Source: an uncultured archaeon (lineage in GTDB: Archaea > Micrarchaeota > Micrarchaeia > Micrarchaeales > CABMGC01). Taken from it: a stretch of DNA of 64,000 nucleotides. The notes under the pieces are model-generated. The model saw nothing but the letters and a program-made list of their open reading frames with translations, had not been told where the DNA came from and ran no database searches. Below, piece by piece: positions 48,901 through 59,257 of the stretch. Within the stretch, counting starts at the first letter, position 1. Every line of letters begins with the position of its first letter. Location of the stretch: positions 96,785 through 160,784 of the forward strand of contig CAWHMC010000013.1 of the NCBI GenBank assembly GCA_963830445.1, written 5' to 3'. The translations under genes and the position numbers were made by a program.

Positions 48901-51900
48901 GGTAGAGTAGGTGTTTACCCCTGAGCCTCCTAGGCCAAACAGCCTGACGCCGGAGCCATTGGGGATGCTGAAACAGCCGTACTCGCTTCCGGTTTGCCCA
49001 ATGCAACCGGTGGAAGAGACCGGTTGGGGAGTGCAGGAGTTGCCGCCCGCTGCTCCTTGCACCGTCGGGCAGTCTGATGCAGTTACTTGAGAAGAGGTAA
49101 GGCATTGTGGAGAACTGCTCTTGGGATCGCCTATGAAACCGGAGTTTGCAGCAGGTACGCATTGCTGTAGGACGGCCAGGTCGGGCACCGTAGATCCTCC
49201 GAGGGGTTGTTCCGCACCTGTGGAGTTCATGACGCGCAGGAGCAGCAGGTTGAAGGAGATCTGGCCTACCTGGGCGGATTGGGAGCCCTCGTTCGGAGTA
49301 GCGGCCCAGTCGTCCAGCACGTACAGATACCCGTCCACGTCAGAGATTCCGAGGACGTGATGGTAGATTGGCTGGTCAAGCATATCGGTATACACGCTGC
49401 TGCTGGCATACTGGGAGAACCACGGGATTGATTGGTTATACAGGCCGTTGTTCTCCAACCATTGGCGTATGTCGAGCGTAGCGAAAGAGGTAAGGCCAGA
49501 GCCAGAGTAGACGAGGTTTATGCTGGACTCGTAGACTAGGCTGGTTCCGTCAAACACAGCTATCGAACTGGCATCCGGACCCGCAAGATAGACCTGCCCA
49601 CCGGTGGGAGAGGAGGCGATGGAGAGGAAGGTACCCTTTACGCCGACCGGATTCGAGGTCGCCGTAGTTGCCGTTGCTGGCACGACCGTAGAGCTAGGCT
49701 GGCCGGGCTGTGTGCATATCGTCTGCGATGTGCCCGCGCCGCAGGGACTAGAAGAGGTCGTCGTGCCCGCTTCGGTGGTGCAGCTATAAGATGTAGTATA
49801 TGGAGATGGACACGAGCTGGTGCTGCTTACTATGGTCTGAATGTCGCCTCCCTGGGTGCAGGGCGTGGATTGCGTTGTCGTAGTTCCAGGTATGCCGAGC
49901 TGGGAGTTGGCAGGCGTAGTGCATTGGTAGCTGAGGCCCGAAGGCAGTAAGAGGAGGCGTCGTATACGTTTGAGGTCAGATTAGACTCAGATGGTGCTGG
50001 GGGAACATTGGGGTTCGGTGAGGTTGCGGTGAATGGCGAGTACAACGTCCCAGTGTTAACGTCTTGATAGGTGACCTTGAAGCAGCTGGTGTTGGTGCAT
50101 GCGGTATTTGCCGGGTTCACGTTCTGGAACTTCGCAAGATAGGTGTCATAGTAGGTGCCGGATGATGGACCAGTCCAGTCTATTAGAGACCCTTCAGTCT
50201 GACCCACCACGAAGACATCGCCTTGATAGTCAACCGAGATATTCCTGGGGGTTCCCTGAACTGGGACCAGGCTTCCCGCGACTATAGCGCCATTGATTAG
50301 TGAGGAGACGCCGCCGGCCTGGAGTATCGTATTTACTAGAGTGGAGCCTGAGTTCGCTACGACCACGCTGCCCTGCATGACATGTATTGGGTTGCTGTCC
50401 ACAGCCAACGCGTTGGCCCAGTAGCCGCTCCATGAAGTTGTCCATGTCTGCTGCAACGAAGCTTGACTGCAGCCGTTGGCGGAGGGCTGCGTCTCGCAGC
50501 CTATTGCCGGCGGGAAGGTGCTCTGCGTTGTGGAGTGGACAACGGTGTTGTTCTGGTAGTAACCGGGGGCGTATACACGTGCGGCTCCCAGGTAGTAGTG
50601 CCCGGCGGTCATCTGGTTCCCGGTCCATATGGCTTGAAACAAGGAAGTAGATATAGTCATTTGGCATTGCTGCGACTGAGATAACATCGTACTGTGGACT
50701 TAGAGACTGCGGATTGCTAGCCGGAGCAAGATTGAGGCCGTTTGTTGAAATGCTGTTCATGGAATACAAGTTGGAGTGCCACTGAGGCCCACAAGACTTT
50801 TGAGTTTCTGCCAGATGCTCTGCGATTGCGACTGTGCGACCTGCGTGTTGACCAGAAGCTCGCTTGGAACGTCTATCGGATAGGTCTCGATGGAGTTGTA
50901 CGGGGAGGTATAAGTGGTAGGAGTGAAGACGCCGTATGAGAGCGTGCTCAGGTTCGGGAGTGTGCCCTGTGTCATCGCGTTCGTGGTGATGTTGAAGTTG
51001 AAGGAGAGATAGGGGAAGATGGGTGTGCCCAGCGAGCTGGTTATTGGGGTACCTGTCGCGTTGGTGCCACTCTGGTAAGTGAACTGCAGGTTCACATTGT
51101 GCACCCAGTCAAGAGAGGTCTTCTCGTTGTATGTGTAATCTATCCAGCAGGAGCCTGCGAACGGGTCCGGGACGTCGTTCGGGTAGCTGACATAAAGGTA
51201 AGTGCCTGGTGCAGAGGAGCTGCTTGACTGCGCCGGGATGGCACCGAAGTTGGCGAACGGGCCGCTCCACGACCAGATGGCGTGCTGGGCATAGGAGGGG
51301 ACGCCTTGGAAGATGTAGGAGTTCGTGCTGAAGCCGTTGGAGAGGATGCCATCAACTTCCGGAGTATATACGAAGTCGGTGGTTGAGAGCAGACCCGGGT
51401 TAGTCACCTGCAGCGGAGTTATCTTGGCCAAAGGCAACGCGGTTGTGGGAATCCCGAATCCGATGGGCGGGTTCTTTATCTGGGTGTTGAGCGTTACCAC
51501 AGTGGGTATCCCGCCTACGGAGTTAAGGCAGGAGTCTCCTCCGACAAAGCTTCCATTCTGCGGATAGATCAGGATTGCAGTTGTTTGTGGAGAACTGGGC
51601 GGCGTGTTGGGACAGGTCAGGAAGTAGGGCGCGTTCTTGGCGTTGGTCGCGTTCACCGCGGTTGTGGGAGAGACGGTCTGCTGGCCCGTGAGGGATTGTA
51701 GTGAGGAGATTATAGAAGAGGCCGTGCTGCCAGACGTGGAGACGCCGGGCGTCGGGACGTCGATGAAGCCCTTTGCGTTGTAGGTCGTTGCTTGGCAATA
51801 GGATAGAGCGAGAGAGACGAGACCACCTGCGCCGACTGCACTTGAAAGAGCGCTGAGACCTTGCGAGAGTCCTTGATATGCGTCGTTGTAGGTAGTGCAA

Positions 51901-52145
51901 GCTAACGTTGAGCCAGCTACTGAAGTGGCTGCGAGAGTCGCTGCACTGGCCGCGGCGAGCTGTGATGGAGAGTTTCCTGAGGGCTGAACTGTTGTGAGTG
52001 AGGGGATCCGACTGGCTATGTCCAGAGAGCTTACTGCCTGTGCACGGACGCCGGGCATGACCGTAAGGAGCAAAAAGAGTAGGAGCAGTATCGAGAAGAG
52101 CCCTACAGCGATCTTTGGAGCCATCAAGCTACCTTTATTTGTCAC
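45906..52145 (-). CDS. Giant (~2,070 aa) Cys/Ser/Thr/Gly-rich surface protein, broken by roughly nine apparent frameshifts
   Basis: One N-terminal signal peptide (50757-52145), a chain of overlapping same-composition ORFs, propeller-like segments (ISVDYQGDVFVVG, SIASSPTGGQVYLAG, DGYLYVLD), and one C-terminal TM with basic tail (45906-46802). Confidence 0.7.
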
Positions 52146-52236
52146 TATAGTGCACGCTTATGTTTATATAGCGTGCGGCGATTTGACGATACGTATTCCC
52201 TCCTCAAAAGGATTTTAATACTCTTCTCTTCCATCT

Positions 52237-53028
52237 ATGAACATGCAGAATAAGCGACTACTGGAATACGTGCTCGTGGTTGCTGCGGTGTTGGTCGTTA
52301 TTGCGGCGCTTTACTATGGGCAAGCGCAACTTCCAGTCAAGGTAACGCACAATGTAAGCAGCACGACTACCCAAACCACAATTAACATCACAGTCGTATC
52401 CACGCTCCCCACTACAACCTTATTGGAGAATGTCTCGACCAGCTCCAGCACTTCAACCACAACGATACCAAACAACAGCAGCACCGGCAAGAAAAACAGC
52501 ACCTCAAACAGTACCTCAACTAATATTACTCTTAGCGCCAAGCCCCTGTGCACATGCCTGAACGAGCCACAGCTGCAGGCCATAGTCAACGACTCCTATG
52601 CGGAGGGCCTTAACAGCACATACAACCTCAGCATGATGAAGGAGGGATACAACGGGGGCCAGTTCGGTTTCAATATCACGGAGTGGAACGCCGAGTACAG
52701 TTCCGGCACGTACACTGAACAGAATGAGGCACTCTCGTACACGGTAATACAAAACAACCCCGTGGCCAACGCCACCTACCTGGTCACCGTAAATCGCACT
52801 GGGGTGGCCTATGCGCATGCTGGCGCTTTTACCCGCATGAACGGAACGGTGAACGGACTCACGTACACCATGTACAATTCAATCACCCAGTCGGGAAGCG
52901 GCATCTTGAGATCCGCCTACTTCATAGGCTACATGAACAGGACCTATGTTATCCTCAGCTTCAGCACTCAAAACTCTGGCGTCTACAGCGCGGCGGAAAT
53001 CGCCAATGCGATAGCCAGCGTCATATGA
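52237..53028 (+). CDS. N-terminally anchored, sequon-rich surface protein
   Basis: Single TM, Ser/Thr stalk, about 16 N-x-S/T sequons in 263 aa. Confidence 0.75.
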   Translation: MNMQNKRLLEYVLVVAAVLVVIAALYYGQAQLPVKVTHNVSSTTTQTTINITVVSTLPTTTLLENVSTSSSTSTTTIPNNSSTGKKNSTSNSTSTNITLSAKPLCTCLNEPQLQAIVNDSYAEGLNSTYNLSMMKEGYNGGQFGFNITEWNAEYSSGTYTEQNEALSYTVIQNNPVANATYLVTVNRTGVAYAHAGAFTRMNGTVNGLTYTMYNSITQSGSGILRSAYFIGYMNRTYVILSFSTQNSGVYSAAEIANAIASVI

Positions 53029-53029
53029 A

Positions 53030-53413
53030 TTAGCGTCGCTCTTCACTCCTGCCCTTCTTTTTCTTCTCCAGGTCGAGCTCCGGCATATAGTTCAGCAACG
53101 AGAGCAGGTACAGCAGCGCGATCATCACGATGCCAACGAGCGCAGCGTAGATGGACGGTGCCAGCAGTATGCTGAAGATCAGGAACAACACACCGAGAGC
53201 GAGGTACAAGCGCTGCCTGCCAATATACCGCTTGCGGTGCTTCTTGTAGCTCTCGTAGCATTGCTTGCATACGACTATGCGGTTGTTCTTTCTGGGCCGC
53301 TTGAATAGGTCATACTTTATATAGCGCAGCGCGCGCAGTACGTTGTCCTCCTTCACTTCGATTCCGTCCCGTTCATTGCCGCACACTATGCAATAGCTTT
53401 TTTGCTTCATCAT
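53030..53413 (-). CDS. Zn-finger (CxxC..CxxC) two-TM membrane protein, last gene of the ATPase operon
   Basis: CIVC and CKQC, two TMs; ATGA overlap with the upstream gene. Confidence 0.72.
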   Translation of the reverse strand: MMKQKSYCIVCGNERDGIEVKEDNVLRALRYIKYDLFKRPRKNNRIVVCKQCYESYKKHRKRYIGRQRLYLALGVLFLIFSILLAPSIYAALVGIVMIALLYLLSLLNYMPELDLEKKKKGRSEERR

Positions 53414-53715
53414 TCCACCTTCAGCTGCACGACCTTCCCGAATGTCGTCTCTATCTTCTCCTCGTCGAGCAGGTTGAACACCTCCACTATCTTCGTGTCG
53501 GTGAATCCTATCCTGCGGAGTATGTTCGCTATATCCTTCTGCTTTATGCCGAGCTTCTCCAGCATGCCTACGAAGCCTACGGCGTCGATGTGCTGGTGCA
53601 TCTTGTCCAGCTTCCCCAGAAAGGCCTCTGTGCTGCCGTCGCTAACGCCGAGTGAGGTCACCATCTTCTTCAGGTCCAGCTTGTTCACCACGAGGGAGTT
53701 TGTTGCGTTGGCCAT
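53410..53715 (-). CDS. Small protein homologous to the C-terminal domain of the adjacent ATPase
   Basis: Ungapped alignment to the last ~75 aa of 53724-55232. Confidence 0.75.
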   Translation of the reverse strand: MANATNSLVVNKLDLKKMVTSLGVSDGSTEAFLGKLDKMHQHIDAVGFVGMLEKLGIKQKDIANILRRIGFTDTKIVEVFNLLDEEKIETTFGKVVQLKVE

Positions 53716-53723
53716 TCTTGCAC

Positions 53724-55232
53724 CTAGGTCGTTATGAACGAGAAGACACGTGTGATCAGCGCGTCCGATATCCCTATGCTGCGAAGCAGCACAACTATCA
53801 TCTCGCGTGTTATCCCGCCCTTCTGCAGGGCGCGGATGAAGTCGCGGACGTCTAGGGTCTTGCCGCTCGCGGTGATCTGGTCGAGCACCGCGGTCACCAC
53901 TTCCGAGCCCACACCCGCCTCGATCATCTTGCCGCTGATGGTGATCTTGTCGAATGTGTAGTCCTTGGGCACTGCCGGATCGGTGAGCTCCTTGGGCTCG
54001 AGCACGTCGGACATGTAGATCGAGTAGGTGTCCAGCGGGAGCTCTCCCACCACGCGCTCCAGCAGGAAGATTGATGGGAAGCGCACACTGGTGTTGAACG
54101 CGATGTCCACCGCCGCCTGACCCACTCCGAGCTTGCTTATCTCGCTGCGTATGAAATCTGAGAAGTTGAGGGAGCCCTGCAGGTAGTTCATGAACTTCTC
54201 GAAGCGGATGCGGAGCATGAACGTGGTGCCCACGTTCGAGAAGATCGCCTCATTGACGTCGGTCGGGTTCTGCGACGCAACGATGAGACCGAACTGGTAC
54301 TTGCGGCCCTCCCTGATGATTGTTACCGCATCGCTCCTCTCATCGCTGGCCACCTTCCACGCCTCGTCCAGCACAACAAGAGTCTTGATGCCGGCGTTGG
54401 AGACCCAGCCCTCCATCCGCATCTTCTCCTTAAGTGTCTGCAGTATGAAGAGTGCGGCCATGGCCCTGAAGCGTTCATCTGGCAGTCCGGAGAGGTCAAG
54501 GTCCACCAGGCCCGATGTGGCGAGCTTGCCGATGTCTATGGTGCTCTTGTTGGCGAAGTAGTCCTCTCCTTCCCTGGAGAACTGGCGCAGCCTGTAGATC
54601 GTATTCTCGAGCTCCGCGGGATAGGCGTAGGTGCCTTCCTGCAACTTCTCGTCCAGCAGACTCGTGACGTTCTTCAGGGTGGGCACCTCCTTGTCCGGCG
54701 GCGGTGGCGCTGCGAGCACGAAACCCATATTAACGTAGGACTGCTCTATCGCCTCTGCTGTGAGACGGCGCTGCTCAGGATAGTCCCCTATGTCGGTTAG
54801 AATGTCCAGCGAGTTCATAATCTGCTTGGCGCGGTCGATGGGCTTCATCCCGGAGAGGTCCATTATGTTCAGGTAGTCGCCGTCGGAGAAGGAGACCACA
54901 ACCCCGCCGCTCTGCTTGACCCAGGTGAGGTACTCGCCCGCCCAGTCGATGATGATCGCGTTGGTGTTCCAGATGTAGCTCGCTCGCGCGAGGAAGGTCT
55001 TCACAAAGAAGCTCTTTCCAGATCCTGTTATTCCAACCACGGAAATGTGCGGGTTGGTCAGCGTGGTCGCAGACCAGGTGAACGGCACCTTGAAGATCTT
55101 AGTCGTGCCGATGAAGATGGAGTTGGTGGGGTCATTAAGCAGGAACTCGAAGGGGGGCTCGGGCGGGCGCGTGAAGAAGGTGCGCTTAGCGACCTCGTTG
55201 CTCATCAGCGTCTGTATGCGTACAAGCGTCAT
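53724..55232 (-). CDS. VirB4/HerA-FtsK superfamily ATPase (VirB4 C-terminal/CedB-like)
   Basis: NPHISVVGITGSGKS Walker A, IIDWAGEY, LVVLDEAW Walker B, IREGRKYQFGLIVASQ. Confidence 0.88.
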   Translation of the reverse strand: MTLVRIQTLMSNEVAKRTFFTRPPEPPFEFLLNDPTNSIFIGTTKIFKVPFTWSATTLTNPHISVVGITGSGKSFFVKTFLARASYIWNTNAIIIDWAGEYLTWVKQSGGVVVSFSDGDYLNIMDLSGMKPIDRAKQIMNSLDILTDIGDYPEQRRLTAEAIEQSYVNMGFVLAAPPPPDKEVPTLKNVTSLLDEKLQEGTYAYPAELENTIYRLRQFSREGEDYFANKSTIDIGKLATSGLVDLDLSGLPDERFRAMAALFILQTLKEKMRMEGWVSNAGIKTLVVLDEAWKVASDERSDAVTIIREGRKYQFGLIVASQNPTDVNEAIFSNVGTTFMLRIRFEKFMNYLQGSLNFSDFIRSEISKLGVGQAAVDIAFNTSVRFPSIFLLERVVGELPLDTYSIYMSDVLEPKELTDPAVPKDYTFDKITISGKMIEAGVGSEVVTAVLDQITASGKTLDVRDFIRALQKGGITREMIVVLLRSIGISDALITRVFSFITT

Positions 55233-55269
55233 GAATAGATACTGGACGTGAAAGCTTAAAAATACGCGG

Positions 55270-56094
55270 CTACTTCTGCGTCTGGAAGAGTTTCAACATG
55301 TCTGCGGGCTCGAAGAGGACGTAGTTGAGCTTGAACAGGGTGTGCACCTCGCGCCCCGCTATGCGCGTGATGTTCATATCGAACGAGTTGAATACCGTTT
55401 CCAACCGGTTGAGCTGGTTCGTCAGAGCGTCTGCGGCCGCCTTATCGCTAACACCCACCGCCGTAGTCTCGATGTACATCATCGTGTTTATGGGCAGCTC
55501 TCCTCCTGAGATGCGGTCGATGCGCGCCTGCAGCACGTTCTTCTTGCGCTCCAACTCCGCGATGGTCATCTGGTTCGGAGTCGTTGCGCTGCTCTCCTTG
55601 TTTATCTGGAAGTCGAGGAAGCTGCGGTCGCCCTCCAGGTCCTCCCTGTACTTCTGGATGTCCTGGGGGTTCGAGACGACGCTGAACTTGAACGGGAAGT
55701 CGACGTTCATCACTATCCTCTCCCACTTGTCCGGCGCCTCGGAGAGCATCTGGTCCTCCCCGCCTACTATGCTCTCTGTCCTAAAGGCGTAGTTGTACAG
55801 GTTTGCGGTGAGATATCCGGTCGCATAGTAGAGGCCCTTGGTGCTCTTCACTACGCGGTTTTGCTCCTTCGGCGCTGACTGTGTTCCGGAGAGAGTCACC
55901 GTAATACCGAGAATCTGAGTGAAGACAGGGAAGATAAGGAAGTCGACATAGTTCAACATGAGTATGAAGACCAGCGTCGCTATGGCGAGCAGGCTCACCA
56001 CAGGTCCGAGCGCACCAAAGTTGGAGCTACCCATGAGCAGGAATAGTATGGATAGGCAGGAAAACGCCAGGTATATCACAGTTTCTTGGTCCAT
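55270..56094 (-). CDS. Two-TM protein with VirB4/TraC N-terminal-like cytoplasmic domain
   Basis: 2 TM, YATGYL, PFKFSVV..DIQKY, coiled coil; paralog of 56102-56935. Confidence 0.6.
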   Translation of the reverse strand: MDQETVIYLAFSCLSILFLLMGSSNFGALGPVVSLLAIATLVFILMLNYVDFLIFPVFTQILGITVTLSGTQSAPKEQNRVVKSTKGLYYATGYLTANLYNYAFRTESIVGGEDQMLSEAPDKWERIVMNVDFPFKFSVVSNPQDIQKYREDLEGDRSFLDFQINKESSATTPNQMTIAELERKKNVLQARIDRISGGELPINTMMYIETTAVGVSDKAAADALTNQLNRLETVFNSFDMNITRIAGREVHTLFKLNYVLFEPADMLKLFQTQK

Positions 56095-56101
56095 GGAATC
56101 A

Positions 56102-56935
56102 CTATATGCCCTCGGCCATGCTCTTCTGGCGGATCATCTCGTTCACGGTCTCTACCGGGATCATGTACTCAGGCTCGATGAGCGTGAGGAGCTCATCTCC
56201 CTTTGCCACATATGCAGTAACGCCCATCACGGAGCTTATGCCTGCTGCGATCTCCTCGGCTCGCTGGTATGCTATCGCTGATGCCTCTTCGTCGTTCCCG
56301 CCCTCAGCGCTGACCATTGCATAGGATAACAGAGAGGATGAACGGGAGGAGCTGATGCTGTTGAGCAGGTTGTGCCACATGGCCACCTCGCCCTTCACGC
56401 GGTCTGCTACGCCGCCCTGTTGTTTGGCTTGTTCAGAAGTTATGTTGCGCAGCCGCTCTTCTGACTGTTCTATCTTGGCGTGGATCTTCGTTATGTACTC
56501 GTCCTTGCTCACCAGGTACATCTGGGTAGAGAATTTCACTGTGCTCTTGGAGAGGGTGAGTAGTCGGCTGAAGAGACGCGAGAAGTCGGTCTTCTCTTCT
56601 GTCGTCATCTCCGTGGCAGAGCGGTATATCGGGATCTTGACGAATGCGCTCGCGTAGGTCCCGTTCTCATCGTGAACGAGGATGGAGGTGCCTGATGGGG
56701 AGAGGATGAATGCTTCGCGCGAGTTGAGCACGATGTTGCGGTTCTTTGATCTGAGCGCCGGAATGTAAAGGTAGGTGTAGTATTTAGTGGAGAAGGCGAT
56801 GACCGCGAATATCAGCGCGATTATGGCGAAGACGAAGTCGAGCAGCGGATTCTGCACTATGTCAGTGAAGATGGCGAAACAGAGTGAGGCTCCCGCGAAC
56901 CCGATGAACAGGAGCATCTGCGTCTTCAGTGCCAT
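56102..56935 (-). CDS. Two-TM protein with VirB4/TraC N-terminal-like cytoplasmic domain
   Basis: 2 TM, YASAFVKIPI..EMTTEEK..F..LL..VKFS...DEY, coiled coil, GDELL. Confidence 0.6.
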   Translation of the reverse strand: MALKTQMLLFIGFAGASLCFAIFTDIVQNPLLDFVFAIIALIFAVIAFSTKYYTYLYIPALRSKNRNIVLNSREAFILSPSGTSILVHDENGTYASAFVKIPIYRSATEMTTEEKTDFSRLFSRLLTLSKSTVKFSTQMYLVSKDEYITKIHAKIEQSEERLRNITSEQAKQQGGVADRVKGEVAMWHNLLNSISSSRSSSLLSYAMVSAEGGNDEEASAIAYQRAEEIAAGISSVMGVTAYVAKGDELLTLIEPEYMIPVETVNEMIRQKSMAEGI

Positions 56936-56989
56936 AAAAACATCAGTATAGAGTAGACTGTAATCTATATAATCTTTAACAGCGCGGTG

Positions 56990-58087
56990 TCAGATGACCT
57001 TTATCTTGCTGGACATCTTCGTCATGCCTCCAATGAAGTTGCCGATCTGTTCAATGGCAACATAGGTGAGAGAGAAGATCAGGGCAGGGTAGAAGAGCAC
57101 GGACATCCAGTAGGCGCCCAGGCTGTTCTGTATCTGATTCAGCGACTGCACCAGGGGCGACTGCTGTGAGATTCCGTTAAGCACGGCGTTGGAACCGGAG
57201 CCGTACTGCTGAAGCTGTGAGGTGGTGTAGGCGAGCTGCCCCTGGAGCTGCACGTTCGTGAAGTAGGAGGCGACGGAGAAGAGCGTGGGCATGATGACGA
57301 ATATGCCGAAGGCGATGGCGATCATGAAGCCCCCGAGGCTGCGCAGCGGAAGCAGGGCGCGGAAGATCACGCCCGGGATGAGGAACACCGGGATGGCGGC
57401 GTACATCATCAGCATTATCAGGTAGAACTCGCCGTAGAGGAGCGCCAGCCCCTCTGTCTGCACGTTCATGAGGGTGGTTGCGGGCAGCGCGAAGAAGAAC
57501 ATGGCGGGGAAGGCGAAGGCGCCGTTGGTCGAATCGCAGCTTGCGGTGGGCGAAGCTGGACCGCCGCCGAAACAGATCATCAGGTTGGAGCTGGCGTAGA
57601 GACGGAACTTCAGGTTTAGGAGGGACAGCTCTGAGACAAGGCTTTGGGAAGCGGAGATGGTATTGGTCATGTAGCCCAGCGCACCCACGTAGGGATTGCT
57701 CGGGCCCACGATAAGGGAGGGGATGAGCCCGATTATCACTGCGGAAAGGAAGAGGAAGCCTATCACTATGATGGCCGAGGCTGTGGCCTCGTAGAATTCG
57801 CCGATGGCGAAGTTGCGGATGCGCCCGTTTTGTGCGAGTGCGCCTATGGCAAAGAGAATGGCGGCGATGCCGAATGCGATGAAGACCGCGAGCAAGGCGA
57901 TCGGGTACCATTGGGACCAGTAGGAGGCGATGGCGTAGTCGGCCACGCTGCAGTACCAGTTCGAGTATTGGGGTATGACGCCGGAGGTGCAGTAGGGTGA
58001 GTTGGATGCCTGGGGCGCTGTCTGCGCAGCGCCTAGGACTGAAGTGGCGATAAGGAGGCCCGCCATTATGAGAAGAATCTTGTTCAT
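56990..58087 (-). CDS. CedA/VirB6-like polytopic membrane protein, copy 6
   Basis: PGVIFRALLPLRSLGGFMIAIAFGIFVIMP family motif. Confidence 0.7.
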   Translation of the reverse strand: MNKILLIMAGLLIATSVLGAAQTAPQASNSPYCTSGVIPQYSNWYCSVADYAIASYWSQWYPIALLAVFIAFGIAAILFAIGALAQNGRIRNFAIGEFYEATASAIIVIGFLFLSAVIIGLIPSLIVGPSNPYVGALGYMTNTISASQSLVSELSLLNLKFRLYASSNLMICFGGGPASPTASCDSTNGAFAFPAMFFFALPATTLMNVQTEGLALLYGEFYLIMLMMYAAIPVFLIPGVIFRALLPLRSLGGFMIAIAFGIFVIMPTLFSVASYFTNVQLQGQLAYTTSQLQQYGSGSNAVLNGISQQSPLVQSLNQIQNSLGAYWMSVLFYPALIFSLTYVAIEQIGNFIGGMTKMSSKIKVI

Positions 58088-58110
58088 CCAAACCACATTA
58101 TTACTTACCA

Positions 58111-59253
58111 TTATATTATGTTCTGCATTATCGCGAAGAAGCTCATGCGCTCGCCGAGAGCCTGCGAGAAGTCCGTTATGAACGTGTCCAGTATGACAAA
58201 GTTGAGTATGTCCACGAATACTATGCCTACGATGACCAAACCGATCCATACGAACAGATACTCAGGTATGGCAGAATTCAGATTGCCGCCGCTCACGAAT
58301 GTGCCAAGAATGGAGACGAAGACAAGGATAGGGTTGGCTATTGCGCCGGTGAACGCTGAGACCCCTGAAACACCTGTCGTGCTCAGGAACGGCGCCGGGG
58401 TGTGCTCGAGGACGTAGTTTATGAAACCGTAGTTCACGGCAACGAGCAACGGATACAGGAAGCCCAGACCCAGGGCGAATGCGATCATCGCGCCGCCGAA
58501 AGTGCGCGTGATGCCGAAGGCGCGTGCGATCAGGCCCACGGCCATGAACAGCGCGAACAGGAGCGGCGCCGCAGAGACGAGGATAAGCTGCAGCTGATTC
58601 AGCATCACGAACGTGAAGAATAGCGGGACAAGATAATCCCCGAAGTTGTTCAGACTTGCGCTGGAGAGCGAGCCCGTGAGGAGGCCCACCGGCGCTATCT
58701 CAAGACCGGAGATGCTGGCTTCTACAGAGCCCAGGGCTGCAGGCGCGCTGACAGTGAATGAGCCTGAGAAGGAGGGTTGGAAGGCGACTATTGCCTGCAC
58801 GTAGTATACGAAAAGGGTCAGTTGCGCGACGTGGTTGTTGAACTGGTACAGGTTGCAGACGGCAATGGAGTAGAGGTTTGCGGAGCCTCCAGCACCGCCA
58901 GAGGTGGTGCAGGCAGACGAGATAAGACCCGCATTACTAAGCGTCTGCGTCGGATCCGTAGTGCATAGCACCGTAGCGAAGCTGGCAAAGATTATCACCA
59001 ATATCAGGGAGACGAGCAGCTCGTAGATCTTTACGCGCGTCCAGGCGCGTATGTTGCCTCCGGTGCTTATGAAAGGCGAGAGCGCGTAGATGACTGCGAG
59101 TATGCTGATTATGGCAAGCGTGGCGAGAGTGACCACAGGGAACCAGACAGTGTAGGGCGCGGTGAGGTAGCCGCTTATGCTGCTGACACAGCTCGCCGGC
59201 GCGGTGGCTAGCAAAGAGAACAGATGCGATGCGAACAGCAGCAGTGTTATCAT
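58111..59253 (-). CDS. CedA/VirB6-like polytopic membrane protein, copy 5
   Basis: GLIARAFGITRTFGGAMIAFALGLGFLYP. Confidence 0.7.
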   Translation of the reverse strand: MITLLLFASHLFSLLATAPASCVSSISGYLTAPYTVWFPVVTLATLAIISILAVIYALSPFISTGGNIRAWTRVKIYELLVSLILVIIFASFATVLCTTDPTQTLSNAGLISSACTTSGGAGGSANLYSIAVCNLYQFNNHVAQLTLFVYYVQAIVAFQPSFSGSFTVSAPAALGSVEASISGLEIAPVGLLTGSLSSASLNNFGDYLVPLFFTFVMLNQLQLILVSAAPLLFALFMAVGLIARAFGITRTFGGAMIAFALGLGFLYPLLVAVNYGFINYVLEHTPAPFLSTTGVSGVSAFTGAIANPILVFVSILGTFVSGGNLNSAIPEYLFVWIGLVIVGIVFVDILNFVILDTFITDFSQALGERMSFFAIMQNII

Positions 59254-59257
59254 GTTA

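Noticed and set aside
53724-55232. HerA DNA-repair helicase
   Set aside because: No N-terminal HAS barrel and no nurA/mre11/rad50 neighbours; the membrane-protein context fits VirB4/CedB better.
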